This document shows, piece by piece, positions 11,812-26,371 of a stretch of DNA of 64,000 nucleotides. This DNA comes from an uncultured Bacillaceae bacterium (GTDB lineage: Bacteria; Bacillota; Bacilli; Bacillales; Alkalibacillaceae), in NCBI GenBank assembly GCA_937983065.1, contig CALKAL010000049.1, positions 4,961-68,960 on the forward strand, written 5' to 3'. Numbering within the stretch: position 1 is the stretch's first letter; each line of letters begins with the position of its first letter. Both the position numbers and the translations under genes were made by a program. Under the pieces are notes generated by a model, which worked only from the letters and a program-made list of their open reading frames with translations, was not told where the DNA came from and ran no database searches.

Positions 11812-12183
11812 ATGATGAATGAGCGAATAAAAGCTATATTATATGGGGTGACTGCTATATTAGTTCTCATGTTAGTCGGCAGTTTACTCATCGCTTTAAC
11901 CGTGCAATTTACAAATATTTCAACAGGAACATTAAGGTGGACAACGTTTATATTTAGTATTTTATTTGTTATGACAGGAGGTTTTATCGCAGGAAAACGA
12001 ACGAGTGAAAAAGGATGGCTGATAGGTTTAATCGTCGGAATTGTTTATTCGGTCGGTGTTATGCTCTATCAATTTTTAGCTCAGGATCATTGGATTAATG
12101 ATGGGCAACTCGTCTATTTTACTATTTTTATTTTATCATCGACGATTGGCGGTATGCTAGGGGTGAATACGAAATCGGAATGA
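11812..12183 (+). CDS. 4-TM membrane protein (YrzE / TIGR04086-like)
   Basis: GGFIAGK...KGWL.G, GGMLGVN; synteny; start chosen by GGGGAGG RBS spacing. Confidence 0.8.
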   Translation: MMNERIKAILYGVTAILVLMLVGSLLIALTVQFTNISTGTLRWTTFIFSILFVMTGGFIAGKRTSEKGWLIGLIVGIVYSVGVMLYQFLAQDHWINDGQLVYFTIFILSSTIGGMLGVNTKSE

Positions 12184-12225
12184 CATTGGGTATTTTTGAA
12201 AGGGATTTATGAAAGGATAAACTAG

Positions 12226-12270
12226 ATTCACATGACTTTAAAGGTATGAAACCAATAAAGTCATGTGAAT
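12226..12270. terminator. bidirectional terminator between yrzE-like gene and yajC
   Basis: 15-bp inverted repeat ATTCACATGACTTTA / TAAAGTCATGTGAAT between convergent genes. Confidence 0.7.
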
Positions 12271-12288
12271 TTTTATACGTTTAATTAA

Positions 12289-12558
12289 TTAATCTACATT
12301 TACTACATCACGAACTGCTGAACGATCATATGTAAGCTTATTTCCATCGTGTACTTCAATTACGATCGTGCCTTCATCAATAGCGTGAATTACACCGTGT
12401 AGGCCACCGATCGTTACAATGCGGTCACCTTTTTGTAAATTACTTTGCATTTGTTGAATTTGCTTTTGTCTTTTTTGTTGCGGGCGAATTAAAATAAGCC
12501 AGAATAATAGAATGAACAATATTATTGGCAGTAAAGCCCCCATTAAGTTTCCATCCAT
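12289..12558 (-). CDS. yajC: preprotein translocase subunit YajC
   Basis: IRPQQKRQK, GDRIVTIGGLHG. Confidence 0.96.
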   Translation of the reverse strand: MDGNLMGALLPIILFILLFWLILIRPQQKRQKQIQQMQSNLQKGDRIVTIGGLHGVIHAIDEGTIVIEVHDGNKLTYDRSAVRDVVNVD

Positions 12559-12573
12559 ATAATTTCCTCCTTC

Positions 12574-13716
<1,143 letters not shown>

Positions 13717-13730
13717 TCATTCTCCTAAAT

Positions 13731-14759
13731 TTATAAAATTAACATCGCATCGCCAAAAGAAAAAAAGCGATACCGTCTGTTGATTGCTTCTTCATAGGCA
13801 TTTAGCATTTTTTCTCGACTATAAAACGCGCTAACGAGCATCATTAACGTCGATTTTGGTAAATGAAAATTTGTAATCATCGCATCAATCGCTTGAAATT
13901 CATACGGTGGATAAATGAAAATATTCGTCCAGCCGCTTTTCTCTTTAAATAGTCCATTTTCCGCTTTAGCAATCGTTTCTAAAGTTCGAACTGTAGTCGT
14001 ACCTACCGCGATAATTTTACCACCATTTTGCTTCGTATTATTTAAAATATGTGCCGTTTTCTTATCCATCTGATAATATTCCATATGCATGTCATGATCT
14101 GTAATCGATTCGACTTGAACAGGCCGAAACGTTCCTAATCCGACATGTAATGTAATATAGGCGATATTAACACCCTTTGCTTTAATTTTATTTAACAGTT
14201 CATTCGTAAAGTGAAGTCCAGCAGTTGGAGCTGCCGCCGAGCCTAAAGCTTTAGCGTATACGGTTTGATACCGATCCTTTTCCTCCAGCTCTTCTTTTAT
14301 ATAAGGTGGAAGGGGCATTTCGCCTAATTGATTTAATAGCTCTAAAAAAATGCCGTCATACTGAAAACGAATGATACGTCCCCCTTGATCAAGCTCCTTT
14401 ATACATTCAGCTTTCAATAAACCATTGCCAAACTGCAGCTTTGTACCTACTTTCACCTTTTTAGCAGGTTTTATGAGGACTTCCCATTCATCTTGGTCTC
14501 GCTCATTTAAAAGTAAAACTTCAACTTTACCGCCTGTGTCTTCTTTAGCACCAAAAAGACGAGCTGGTAGTACTTTCGTATCGTTTAATACTAAGCAATC
14601 GCCTTCATTCAAAAAATCAATGATATTATGAAAATAATCATGACTGATACAATCATTCCCACGATCAATGACCATTAAACGTGAGGATGACCGCTCTTTT
14701 AAAGGTGATTGCGCAATTAATTCCTCTGGTAAATTAAAATCAAACGCATCTACTTTCAT
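13731..14759 (-). CDS. queA: SAM:tRNA ribosyltransferase-isomerase
   Basis: [36 protein letters not shown]. Confidence 0.98.
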   Translation of the reverse strand: MKVDAFDFNLPEELIAQSPLKERSSSRLMVIDRGNDCISHDYFHNIIDFLNEGDCLVLNDTKVLPARLFGAKEDTGGKVEVLLLNERDQDEWEVLIKPAKKVKVGTKLQFGNGLLKAECIKELDQGGRIIRFQYDGIFLELLNQLGEMPLPPYIKEELEEKDRYQTVYAKALGSAAAPTAGLHFTNELLNKIKAKGVNIAYITLHVGLGTFRPVQVESITDHDMHMEYYQMDKKTAHILNNTKQNGGKIIAVGTTTVRTLETIAKAENGLFKEKSGWTNIFIYPPYEFQAIDAMITNFHLPKSTLMMLVSAFYSREKMLNAYEEAINRRYRFFSFGDAMLIL

Positions 14760-14775
14760 GATGTCTTATCCTTCC

Positions 14776-14976
14776 TTATTTAAACCTTCCGAAAACGAAA
14801 AATAATAGACTAAGTACAATACTTATTACAATTGAAGTGACAATTGGGAAAAAAAACGTCGTATTTCCTTTTCGAATGACGATATCACCAGGTAATTTAC
14901 CGACGAAGCTAATAAAAACACCGATAATGATGATAACAATCCCAATAATAATAAGTATTTTACCAAAATCCGTCAA
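14776..14976 (-). CDS. DUF2905 small membrane protein (YrzS-like)
   Basis: GKLPGDI...[12 protein letters not shown]; lies between ruvB and queA. Confidence 0.88.
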   Translation of the reverse strand: MTDFGKILIIIGIVIIIIGVFISFVGKLPGDIVIRKGNTTFFFPIVTSIVISIVLSLLFFVFGRFK

Positions 14977-15974
14977 GGTGAAGGTACCTCCCTATTAAAA
15001 TGAAGATAAGCTTTTTCGGTTGCAAGTCGACCTCTTGGCGTTCGTTGAATAAATCCTTGCTGTAGTAAAAATGGTTCATAAACGTCTTCTATCGTTTGAG
15101 CTTCTTCCCCTATCGTTGCAGCAATCGTATCTAAGCCGACTGGACCGCCTTTAAAACGATCGATAATCCCAAGTAAATATTTATGATCGATATGATCGAG
15201 CCCTGCATCATCGACTTGTAACATCGTTAACGCTTTTTCTGTCGTTTTTAATGAAATGATTTGTTCTTCATTCACTTGAGCGATATCGCGTACCCGTCGT
15301 AAAAGTCGATTCGCAATTCGAGGTGTTCCTCTAGAACGAGAAGCAATTTCTTTTGCTGCTAAATCATCAATGGCCACATCAAATATATCTGCCGTTCGAT
15401 GAATAATGAAGCTTAAATCCTTTTCGTTATAAAATTCTAACCGACTAAGCACGCCGAATCGATCCCGTAGCGGTGCGGTTAACAATCCTGCTCGTGTCGT
15501 CGCACCAACGAGAGTAAAGGGAGGAAGATCTAAACGAACAGACCGCGCTGTTGGACCTTGGCCAATTACGATATCTAAAACGAAGTCTTCCATTGCTGGA
15601 TATAAAATTTCTTCCACGGCACGAGGTAGGCGATGAATTTCATCAATAAATAAAACATCGCCTGGCTCAAGGGATGAAAGAATTGCTGCTAAATCACCAG
15701 CTCGCTCAATGACAGGTCCAGACGTCGCTCGAAACTGCACATCCATCTCATTAGCAATAATTTGGGCTAACGTCGTTTTACCTAATCCTGGTGGGCCATA
15801 TAGTAAAACGTGATCAAGGGGCTCATTGCGCATTTTAGCCGCTTCGATGAAAATACGTAAATTCTCTTTCGTCTTATCTTGACCGATATATTGACTTAAC
15901 GTTTGCGGCCGAATACTTTTTTCAATTTCTTCATCTTCTATTTTTAATTCGCCAGAAATCATCCGTTCTTCCAT
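14973..15974 (-). CDS. ruvB: Holliday junction helicase RuvB
   Basis: [28 protein letters not shown]. Confidence 0.98.
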   Translation of the reverse strand: MEERMISGELKIEDEEIEKSIRPQTLSQYIGQDKTKENLRIFIEAAKMRNEPLDHVLLYGPPGLGKTTLAQIIANEMDVQFRATSGPVIERAGDLAAILSSLEPGDVLFIDEIHRLPRAVEEILYPAMEDFVLDIVIGQGPTARSVRLDLPPFTLVGATTRAGLLTAPLRDRFGVLSRLEFYNEKDLSFIIHRTADIFDVAIDDLAAKEIASRSRGTPRIANRLLRRVRDIAQVNEEQIISLKTTEKALTMLQVDDAGLDHIDHKYLLGIIDRFKGGPVGLDTIAATIGEEAQTIEDVYEPFLLQQGFIQRTPRGRLATEKAYLHFNREVPSP

Positions 15975-15988
15975 TGAAGTTCACCTTC

Positions 15989-16588
15989 TTATTTTCGCAT
16001 TAATAATTGTAACCCTTTTTTCACGACATCGTCGACTGTTTTAACATCTTCTAATTTTAACTGGTGTGAAATATGGTTAATTTCACGAGTTGTATAACCT
16101 AATGCTTTCAATGCTTCAAATCCTTCCTCAAACATTGTCTCATTTTGCGGTTTTACAATTTCCTTCTCCTTAGATTCAATATGTAACCACGAGCCCATTT
16201 TTCCTTTCAAATCTAAAATCATCTGCCGAGCCGTTTTTTTACCAACGCCAGGGAACTTCGTTAAATACGTTTCATTTTCTTGTTCAATCGCAGCGGCAAG
16301 CTCCCCGACAGTCGTATGCCCGACAATATTCAATGCGCTTTTAGGTCCAATTCCAGAAACATTTAATAACATTTTAAATAACTCTTTTTCTTCTTCCTCT
16401 TCAAATCCATATAGTATTTGTGCATCTTCTCGCACGTGATGATATGTATACACTTTAATCATTTCATCTAAATAAGTTATAAAACGATCAGGGTGGGAAC
16501 AATGAATTTCGTAGCCAATCCCTGAAACTTCAACGACGATACAATCGTCATAAATTCCATTTAATTCACCTTTTAAATATGCATACAT
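15989..16588 (-). CDS. ruvA: Holliday junction branch migration protein RuvA
   Basis: HhH motifs VSGIGPK and FPGVGKKTA. Confidence 0.97.
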   Translation of the reverse strand: MYAYLKGELNGIYDDCIVVEVSGIGYEIHCSHPDRFITYLDEMIKVYTYHHVREDAQILYGFEEEEEKELFKMLLNVSGIGPKSALNIVGHTTVGELAAAIEQENETYLTKFPGVGKKTARQMILDLKGKMGSWLHIESKEKEIVKPQNETMFEEGFEALKALGYTTREINHISHQLKLEDVKTVDDVVKKGLQLLMRK

Positions 16589-16608
16589 TGATTATCCTCC
16601 CACTTGAT

Positions 16609-16620
16609 GAACCTTTGTTC
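16609..16620. promoter_or_regulatory. LexA (Cheo/SOS) box upstream of ruvAB
   Basis: GAAC-CTTT-GTTC matches Firmicute GAAC-N4-GTTC, 20 nt upstream of the ruvA start; ruvAB is SOS-regulated in B. subtilis. Confidence 0.75.
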
Positions 16621-16701
16621 TTATATAGTTTAACATAGAAATGCCACTATAAAAAAAGGACTACCTAAAAAGAAAAGGCTAGTCCCGTTTTAAAAATAGA
16701 G

Positions 16702-17418
16702 TTATGCCATATTATGATGAACATCTTGAACATCATCTAAATCTTCTAACATATCAATCATTTTTTCCATATCTTCTTTTTGTTCATCCGTTAAGTCTGA
16801 ATGGGTATCTGGTACCATCGTTAATTCTGCTACTTCCAATGGATAGTTATTTAACGCATTTTTCACCGCTTCAAATTCTTCAACTGATGTAAAGATTTCA
16901 TAAACCTCGTCTGTCGATTCCACCTCTTCACAGCCTGCTTCAATCGCCTCTAATAAAAATTCATCTTCATCAAGTTCGACTTTACTTTTTTCAATGACAA
17001 TATAACCTTTTCGGTGGAACATAAAAGCGACACAGCCATTTTCCCCTAGATTACCGTTATTTTTAGAAAATGCATGGCGCACTTCAGCTGCTGTACGATT
17101 TTTATTATCCGTCAATACTTCAACCATAACCGCAACGCCACCAGGCCCATATCCTTCATAAGTTAACTCTTCATAATGGGCACCGTCTACATTTCCCGTT
17201 GCCTTATCAATGGCCCGTTGAATATTATCGTTTGGCATATTGTTTGCTTTCGCTTTATCAATCGCTAATCGGAGTTGAGCATTTGTCTCTAATTCACTTC
17301 CGCCTTGTTTAGCCGCCACATAAATTTCTTTCGCAAGCTTCATGAAAATTTTTCCCCTCTTTGCATCTTTCGCTTGCTTTTTATGGCGTATATTATGCCA
17401 TTTAGAATGTCCTGCCAT
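16702..17418 (-). CDS. YebC/PmpR family protein
   Basis: [26 protein letters not shown]. Confidence 0.95.
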   Translation of the reverse strand: MAGHSKWHNIRHKKQAKDAKRGKIFMKLAKEIYVAAKQGGSELETNAQLRLAIDKAKANNMPNDNIQRAIDKATGNVDGAHYEELTYEGYGPGGVAVMVEVLTDNKNRTAAEVRHAFSKNNGNLGENGCVAFMFHRKGYIVIEKSKVELDEDEFLLEAIEAGCEEVESTDEVYEIFTSVEEFEAVKNALNNYPLEVAELTMVPDTHSDLTDEQKEDMEKMIDMLEDLDDVQDVHHNMA

Positions 17419-17449
17419 CGTTCTCTCCCCTTTTTATATCCCTTTCTTA

Positions 17450-18199
17450 TTATACTAAATCATACACGCGATACAATTTCCCATTGATTAAATTTTTTTT
17501 ATCTGTGATGACGCCTAATAAAAGATCAGCAACCTCTTTCGGGCTTCTTAATTGGCCTTCTTTTTTGTAATTTCTAAATGTCTCAATATCTTTAAATTGA
17601 GATTCATCAACTGCACGAATATCTGCTTGCATTTCTGTATCCATAATTCCTGGACTGAATGCAATATGTATATCATTTAATTGTTGAATATCCGCTTCTA
17701 ATGCCGCAGTTTCCGTATATTTATTAACAGCAGCCTTTGTAGAGCTATATACGTTCCAACCGAATATACCTTTTTCCGCTGCTCCTGAAGTAATATTAAT
17801 GAAAATTTTACGATTTGCGCTAATCCGTTTTTTAATCGTATTATTAATCAACATTAATGAGGTGACGTTAATATTTACTTGTTTAATGATCTCATCATTA
17901 TCTAACGTGCCGACTGGACCGATCGGATTAACAGCCCCCGCATTATTTAATACAATTAACTCATCAATCGCCTGCTCTTGTAAATGATTAATAAGTGTGT
18001 CTAATAATTTATTAAGCGCATCTAACTGGCTTAAATCGACGGATAAATGGTGATAATTTACGTTAAATTCCTTTGCAGCATCTTCTAAATGTGGATGACT
18101 TCGTGATAAAGTAATACAGTCGTACCCTTTTTCAATAAAATTTTTCGCTGCTTCATAGCCTAATCCCCGCGATGCACCCGTCACAATAGCAATTTTCAT
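17450..18199 (-). CDS. SDR oxidoreductase, benzil reductase (YueD)-like
   Basis: TGASRGLG, NNAG, YSSTK, FSPGIMDTEMQ. Confidence 0.88.
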   Translation of the reverse strand: MKIAIVTGASRGLGYEAAKNFIEKGYDCITLSRSHPHLEDAAKEFNVNYHHLSVDLSQLDALNKLLDTLINHLQEQAIDELIVLNNAGAVNPIGPVGTLDNDEIIKQVNINVTSLMLINNTIKKRISANRKIFINITSGAAEKGIFGWNVYSSTKAAVNKYTETAALEADIQQLNDIHIAFSPGIMDTEMQADIRAVDESQFKDIETFRNYKKEGQLRSPKEVADLLLGVITDKKNLINGKLYRVYDLV

Positions 18200-18217
18200 T
18201 TTTCTACCTCCATATGT

Positions 18218-18323
18218 AGAGGGGTTGGGACAAAGGATTAGTGTATAAGAAAAAAGCGAACATTATTTGAGAAATGGCGCTATGTTCGTTTTTCTGTTTT
18301 TCCTTTTAGTTGTCCCGCCCTCT
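18218..18323. repeat. MITE-like element with imperfect terminal inverted repeats
   Basis: ends AGAGGGGTTGGGACAA / TTGTCCCGCCCTCT; internal IR AGAAAAAAGCGAACAT / ATGTTCGTTTTTCT; non-coding. Confidence 0.55.
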
Positions 18324-18335
18324 TATAATAACTAT

Positions 18336-18848
18336 TTATTTTTTTCTGTCTTCGATTCTGTTATGAAATTCACGATCAACCCAAACGGTAATATCTGATC
18401 TTCCAGTAATTTCTTCAACGATTTCTTTCACTTGTCCAATGACCGTATCTTCATCCGCTCGACTTCCAAGATTAATCGCTACATAAATTCGGTCATCTTG
18501 GATTGATATCCCAGCTTCCCTTATTTCGTTCATCTGTCTTAATTGATAATAAATTGTTCGATGCTGTTCGTTACGTTCATCGTCTTGTTCAGCACGGCTT
18601 CGGGGATTTCCATAGGCATGACCGTTCGAGTTATTTAACGATTCCCGCGTTTCCCGTCTCTCATAGCTTTCATACGGGTTCGGGTACATGTTGTAACGAA
18701 TCGCTTCCTCTTCGGTTAGACGCTTCGTTTGCACCTCTGTCGTTTGTTCACTATTCGTAAGACTGCTATCATGGTTTGGGTTAACAAACGTACATGCCGA
18801 AAGTGTGATTAATAACAAAATCGAAAAGAAGATGAATGTCTTTTTCAA
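18336..18848 (-). CDS. sporulation lipoprotein, YhcN/YlaJ-like (CoxA position)
   Basis: TTG start after GGAGGTG; lipobox LSAC; C-terminal IYVAIN...ITVWVDREF..RI; position relative to safA. Confidence 0.65.
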   Translation of the reverse strand: MKKTFIFFSILLLITLSACTFVNPNHDSSLTNSEQTTEVQTKRLTEEEAIRYNMYPNPYESYERRETRESLNNSNGHAYGNPRSRAEQDDERNEQHRTIYYQLRQMNEIREAGISIQDDRIYVAINLGSRADEDTVIGQVKEIVEEITGRSDITVWVDREFHNRIEDRKK

Positions 18849-18909
18849 CTTGAAAACACCTCCCTTTTCGTTAGTTTGAAATAAGAGGTGTTTGTCCATG
18901 CATTAATTT

Positions 18910-19662
18910 TTAAGTGAATTGATGGAAATCTGGTGGTGTCGTTGGCAATCTTCGCTTATGTTCTGTTCGTTTATGCATTGACTCAATCTGCTTTCGGGCA
19001 TTTTCAGGCACTTGTCCACCTGTTAAATAGTGATCAATGACATCATACGAGATGCCCATTTCTTCTTCATCTGTTTGACCTTCCCAAAGACCTGCACTTG
19101 GCGCTTTATTAATAATAACATCTGGAACATCTAAAACAGATGCCATTTGGCGAATTTCTCCTTTTGTATAATGAACAATTGGGAGCAAATCAACCCCGCC
19201 ATCACCGTATTTCGTAAAATAACCCGTGTAATATTCAGATTTATTATCCGTACCGACAACTAAATATTGAAAATTTGTCGCTAACGTATATAATGTACTC
19301 ATTCTTAAACGCGTTCTTAAATTAGCATCCGCTAATCGTTCGTGATCACTGTTCCACGTACTTTCTTGGGCGGTTTTATTTTTTATCGTTTGAAATAGAA
19401 TTCGGTGGGTTTCAGATAAGTCAATCGTCAATGCTTCTAAATTTGCTTTTTCTGCAACTAATTGGGCATGACGAACATCTTCTTCACTACTATGACAAGG
19501 CATAATCACTCCGAGTGACTGATCTGGAAAGGCCCGTTTAATTAAATAGCCGACAACAGCTGAATCAATGCCACCGCTTAAGCCGACAATTACACCTTTA
19601 GCTTGTGCTTTATTTACTTCGTCTTGTAACCATTTTGTGAGTTGGTCAATCTGTTTTTCCAT
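18910..19662 (-). CDS. nadE: NH3-dependent NAD+ synthetase
   Basis: GLSGGIDSAV, GTDNKSE, GYFTKYGDGG, PSAGLWEGQTDE. Confidence 0.96.
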   Translation of the reverse strand: MEKQIDQLTKWLQDEVNKAQAKGVIVGLSGGIDSAVVGYLIKRAFPDQSLGVIMPCHSSEEDVRHAQLVAEKANLEALTIDLSETHRILFQTIKNKTAQESTWNSDHERLADANLRTRLRMSTLYTLATNFQYLVVGTDNKSEYYTGYFTKYGDGGVDLLPIVHYTKGEIRQMASVLDVPDVIINKAPSAGLWEGQTDEEEMGISYDVIDHYLTGGQVPENARKQIESMHKRTEHKRRLPTTPPDFHQFT

Positions 19663-19797
19663 CCTGATCTTCCTCTTCTCATTATAAGCATATTTTACCA
19701 CAATCCATCATAATTACAAAAATGAATACGAGCAATATTTAAGGCGAATAAGAGAAAGTTATAACGACTTACTTAACGTAAGCCGTTATAATATTGA

Positions 19798-20559
19798 TTA
19801 ATAATAATTCCCACAACCACATGGTGATGGTTGGTTCATATATGGATTCATACCTGAAAATTGATAAGGATTCATGTAAACATTTTGATAATTATTATAG
19901 TATGGACTTTGTTGCGGTTGTATCCACATTTGATTCGGATACGTTGAATATAAAGTTTGATCCGGATACATTTGTCCCACTCCACTCATGTTGTACTCAT
20001 AAGGGACAGGTCCTTCAATCGTTGGATTAATTTCTGGAAATTGATAAACATTGCGCATGTCATCTTCACTTATGTCTATCTGTTCCCCTTCTGTAGGTGA
20101 ATCGTATGGATTGAAATTATAAACAGGCGTACTCAACATCGCTTGATTAAAAATTTCCTCTTCACTTTCTTCATTGTAAGGAACCATCATTTTATCTGGA
20201 AGCGAATTTTCATCTTCCTTAATTTGTGGCAAACGTTTCGGCTCATTTTGTGCGTGAGGAATTTCAAGAAAACGATCTGAAACGTCAATCTTTTGTCTAT
20301 CAGTTGACTCATTTCTCACGTTTGAAGATTTAGTTGTGTCATCTAATGCTATAGGCTCTTTATTATTTCGTATTTCTTTTTCTCGAACGGCGGCTTCCTT
20401 TTTTTCTTGTATCATCGGGACTTTAATTTTCATCCCTGGCATAATTAAACTTGGATCAGCAATTTGTTTATTCATTTTCACTAATGTATCTAAAGAAATA
20501 TTATACTTTTCAGCAATGGATTTCATTGATTCGCCTTTTTTGACGATATGAAATTTCAT
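19798..20559 (-). CDS. safA: spore coat assembly LysM protein SafA/ExsA
   Basis: N-terminal LysM (HIVKKGES...IMPGMKIKVP), P/Y/Q/M-rich tail ending PCGCG; synteny. Confidence 0.85.
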   Translation of the reverse strand: MKFHIVKKGESMKSIAEKYNISLDTLVKMNKQIADPSLIMPGMKIKVPMIQEKKEAAVREKEIRNNKEPIALDDTTKSSNVRNESTDRQKIDVSDRFLEIPHAQNEPKRLPQIKEDENSLPDKMMVPYNEESEEEIFNQAMLSTPVYNFNPYDSPTEGEQIDISEDDMRNVYQFPEINPTIEGPVPYEYNMSGVGQMYPDQTLYSTYPNQMWIQPQQSPYYNNYQNVYMNPYQFSGMNPYMNQPSPCGCGNYY

Positions 20560-20664
20560 TTTTACATACCCCTTTCAATTTAGAATACGACGATCTACTC
20601 ACAAGGTATGCATGAAAATAAAAAATGTTGAGCATTCGCCTAAAAAAATGCCCAACAAAAAATA

Positions 20665-22481
<1,817 letters not shown>

Positions 22482-22546
22482 CTTCTTACTTAAACATTTC
22501 TATACTTTATCATAACATAGTCAATTTTTCTTAGAATGGCAAAATA

Positions 22547-22579
22547 AAAACTGACTCTCTCAAATGAAGAGTCAGTTTT
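22547..22579 (-). terminator. intrinsic terminator after rpmA
   Basis: AAAACTGACTCT / AGAGTCAGTTTT with U-tract on the minus strand. Confidence 0.8.
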
Positions 22580-22588
22580 ACTTGATGA

Positions 22589-23220
<632 letters not shown>

Positions 23221-23236
23221 TTTAAAAAATCCTTAC

Positions 23237-23545
23237 TTATGCATTGATTTTTTCGATCGTCAATTTTGTATAAGGTTGACGGTGACCTTGTTTACGCTTG
23301 TAGTTCTTTTTCGGCTTATATTTAAAAACGGTAATTTTACGACCTTTTCCTTGCTTATCAACCTTTGCCGTAACAGTTGCTCCATCCACATATGGTGCAC
23401 CGACTTTAACGGAATCTCCACCGACGAAAAGGACTTTGTCAAAAGTAACATCAGAACCGTCTTCAGCTTCAAGCTTTTCAACGAAGATTGTTTGTCCTTC
23501 TTCTACTTTTAACTGCTTACCACCTGTTTCAATAATTGCGTACAT
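23237..23545 (-). CDS. rplU: 50S ribosomal protein L21
   Basis: [11 protein letters not shown]...GHRQPYT. Confidence 0.98.
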   Translation of the reverse strand: MYAIIETGGKQLKVEEGQTIFVEKLEAEDGSDVTFDKVLFVGGDSVKVGAPYVDGATVTAKVDKQGKGRKITVFKYKPKKNYKRKQGHRQPYTKLTIEKINA

Positions 23546-23551
23546 CACTTG

Positions 23552-23655
23552 CACCTCCTCATATACTCAGACTCGCCATGAAGGTACTTACTATTGTAAG
23601 ATTTTAAAACCTTTTTTGAGCGGTTGTAGCAAAACGGTGCTACAAGAAGCATAAC
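23552..23655 (-). ncRNA. L21 ribosomal protein leader
   Basis: minus strand UGUAGCAC..GCUACAACCGCUCA...AGGUU...ACCU...GGCGAGUCUGAG...GGAGGUGC immediately 5' of rplU. Confidence 0.8.
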
Positions 23656-23661
23656 AAATAA

Positions 23662-23691
23662 ATATTACCATGAGTAAAAATACATTGTCAA
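23662..23691 (-). promoter_or_regulatory. sigma-A promoter for rplU operon
   Basis: TTGACA-N18-TAATAT with TG extended -10. Confidence 0.6.
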
Positions 23692-23814
23692 CATTAAGTT
23701 GAGATTGCTTTTGAAGCGATTCAAAGCGTAAACATTTAGCTAACATTAGTATAAACGATTCACAGCTTTATTTTACGGTTGTTTTATTTAAGTTTGATGC
23801 GGATTTTCACAACC

Positions 23815-24651
23815 TTAGCTTTTTAATTGACTGATCGTCCGTAACGTTGAATGATTTTCTGTAAACAACGCTTTCAAACAATCATCCTCAGTAAAAGCTT
23901 TCTCACCATTGTTTAAATAAATATAATGATAGCACTCTTTTTTAAACTTTTTAACTAATTCACTAATTGGCGTTAATGGGGAGGCCTTTAATACGACGAT
24001 GTTTGACCGCGATGTGTATGGGACGAAATAACGTGCTAATAAATGCTTTAATAAAAAAATATGTTTGTTTTTCCACGTTAACCAATTATCTAATATAAGA
24101 AAAATAGATAAAAAGGTAAAATGAATACTATAAATTCCTAACATATAAATGATCACATTAGCGCTCGCAATAAAAATGATCGATAACAAGGACATAATCG
24201 CTATCGTTTGGTGAAAGGAAAAATATTTCGAAACGATTAGAAAAATAAATCTCCCCCCATCGAGAGGGAGAATCGGTAATAAATTAAATAATAAGATAAC
24301 CGTGTTCGCAAAAAATAACTGGTCAATGATGATGGATTCAACGTTAAAAAATTTAAGTGATAATAAGACGGCATAGATCCATAGGTGCTGTAACGGTCCT
24401 GATAAAATGACAATCCATTCTTCTTTGTTCGGTTTATTGTAAAAGTCTTCAGTTTCCATCACACCGCCGAAGGGCCAAATGACGAGTCGCGAGATATTCC
24501 AATTCAATTTCTTCGCTGCGATTAAGTGACCGAGCTCGTGAATTGTAATTATGATAAAAAAACATAATAATTCTGTAAATCGCCCTAAAAAATAGCTCGC
24601 AATCATAAATAAGAGAAGGAGGGGATGAAATTGGATGAAGCTATTCTTCAT
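23815..24651 (-). CDS. spoIVFB: intramembrane metalloprotease SpoIVFB
   Basis: HELGH, PFGG, NLLPILPLDGG (M50); synteny. Confidence 0.92.
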   Translation of the reverse strand: MKNSFIQFHPLLLLFMIASYFLGRFTELLCFFIIITIHELGHLIAAKKLNWNISRLVIWPFGGVMETEDFYNKPNKEEWIVILSGPLQHLWIYAVLLSLKFFNVESIIIDQLFFANTVILLFNLLPILPLDGGRFIFLIVSKYFSFHQTIAIMSLLSIIFIASANVIIYMLGIYSIHFTFLSIFLILDNWLTWKNKHIFLLKHLLARYFVPYTSRSNIVVLKASPLTPISELVKKFKKECYHYIYLNNGEKAFTEDDCLKALFTENHSTLRTISQLKS

Positions 24652-25414
24652 ATTGATCCCCTAAAATAAAATTCATCGGATTAATAAATTTATCATTATC
24701 TTGAATCGCAAAATACATATTCGTAAATCCCGTCACTTCATCTGGTTCAACGGTTGCGATAATCTGATTTGGGCGCACGAATTGATAATGAAATACATCA
24801 ATCGTACTTAAATGACCATAAACAGATTTTTGTCCGTCTTCATGTTGAATTATAATTGTATTGCCCGTATCTTGCTTTCGTCCAGCAAATAAAACAGTTC
24901 CTCTCGTCATTGGATAAACATTTTTCGCTTCTAAAACTTCAATATGAACCCCATCTTGATAATCTTTAATCTGTGCCTCATCAAGGCCGCTAACTGGAAT
25001 CGATGATTGATTAACATCGTTATCGACTGGTCGAGCATCTCTACCTAATAAAACTAAAGGTGAGCTAAACCGTTCTTCATACCAGGCTTGGACCGTTGCA
25101 AAAGGCAAATCCTCCGTTAAAATTTGTTGAGCATGAGGTTTCATTTGAGTAAATAAGGCGAATTGACTATTGTAAATAAAAAAGGTGATAAAGAAAATGA
25201 ATAGTGATATAAGAAATTTTGGAAATAAGCTTGTCCGACTTAAATCTAGCTTACCTTCTGTTTTTGGGTCAGATGGATAACCGAATCGCTCTTCATCATC
25301 TAAAATTGACCCGTAAGAATAAGATCTTTGTTGTGGTTTAATGCCCCGATTTATTTTGCGTTTAGCGATATTTTTTCTTATTTCGTCTAGTTTATGATTC
25401 ATTTTTCCCACCAT
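24641..25414 (-). CDS. spoIVFA: SpoIVFA (M23-like; start may be 25402)
   Basis: basic N-terminus, one TM helix, TGNTIIIQHEDG..SVYGHL LytM-like domain; synteny. Confidence 0.88.
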   Translation of the reverse strand: MVGKMNHKLDEIRKNIAKRKINRGIKPQQRSYSYGSILDDEERFGYPSDPKTEGKLDLSRTSLFPKFLISLFIFFITFFIYNSQFALFTQMKPHAQQILTEDLPFATVQAWYEERFSSPLVLLGRDARPVDNDVNQSSIPVSGLDEAQIKDYQDGVHIEVLEAKNVYPMTRGTVLFAGRKQDTGNTIIIQHEDGQKSVYGHLSTIDVFHYQFVRPNQIIATVEPDEVTGFTNMYFAIQDNDKFINPMNFILGDQYEE

Positions 25415-25569
25415 TCCTCTTCACCGTTTGTACTAGCTTATTCTATTGTTTTTATAAATATGCTTCTTAAAATAGAGTTTAATAGAATTGAGTATGGTGA
25501 TATAAAAAAAGACCATCAGCAACAGGGATTAGCTAATCCACTATTGTTAATGGTCTTTTTATAAATAGG

Positions 25570-26370
25570 CTATGAACCTTTTATTCCGAATATTCGTTTG
25601 ACCCTTGACATAAATCCTTTCTCCTCATCAAAGGCCATTAATGGAACAGACTCACCTAAGATTCGCCGAGCGATATTACGATAACTAATGGATGCTCGTG
25701 TATCTGGTTGAAATGCAACTGGTTCACCGTGATGAGATGCGCGAATGACATCTTCATCGTCTAATACAGCGCCTAACAATTCAACCGATAATGTTGATAC
25801 AATATCATCAACACTTAACATATCACCGCTATCCATCATATGTTTACGCATCCGATTAACAATAAGATACGTCTGGTCAATATTTTCTTTTTCCAATAAT
25901 CCGATGACTCGATCTGCATCTCTTACACTTGATTTTTCAGGTGTCGTGACAACAATCGCTTTATCCGCTCCTGCTACGGCATTGACGAAACCTTGCTCGA
26001 TACCTGCTGGACTATCAATTAAGACATAATCATAATCTGGTTTTAATTGATCGACGATATCTTTCACTTGTTCAGCGGTCATATCATTTTTATCATTCGT
26101 TTGTGCTGCGGGTAATAAATGTAGGCAATCGAAACGTTTATCTTTAATCAATGCTTGCTGGATTTTGCATCGGCCTTCTACAACATCAATAATATTAAAG
26201 ATAATTCTATTTTCTAATCCTAATACAACATCTAAGTTTCTTAGTCCGATATCTGTATCAACTAAACAAACCTTTTGGCCAAGAAGTGCTAGTGCTGTAC
26301 CAATATTAGCTGTAGTCGTTGATTTACCAACTCCACCTTTTCCTGAAGTAATAACAATTGCTTCACCCAT
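25570..26370 (-). CDS. minD: septum site-determining ATPase MinD
   Basis: MGEAIVITSGKGGVGKS, DIGLRNLD; true start 26370. Confidence 0.98.
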   Translation of the reverse strand: MGEAIVITSGKGGVGKSTTTANIGTALALLGQKVCLVDTDIGLRNLDVVLGLENRIIFNIIDVVEGRCKIQQALIKDKRFDCLHLLPAAQTNDKNDMTAEQVKDIVDQLKPDYDYVLIDSPAGIEQGFVNAVAGADKAIVVTTPEKSSVRDADRVIGLLEKENIDQTYLIVNRMRKHMMDSGDMLSVDDIVSTLSVELLGAVLDDEDVIRASHHGEPVAFQPDTRASISYRNIARRILGESVPLMAFDEEKGFMSRVKRIFGIKGS

Positions 26371-26371
26371 C

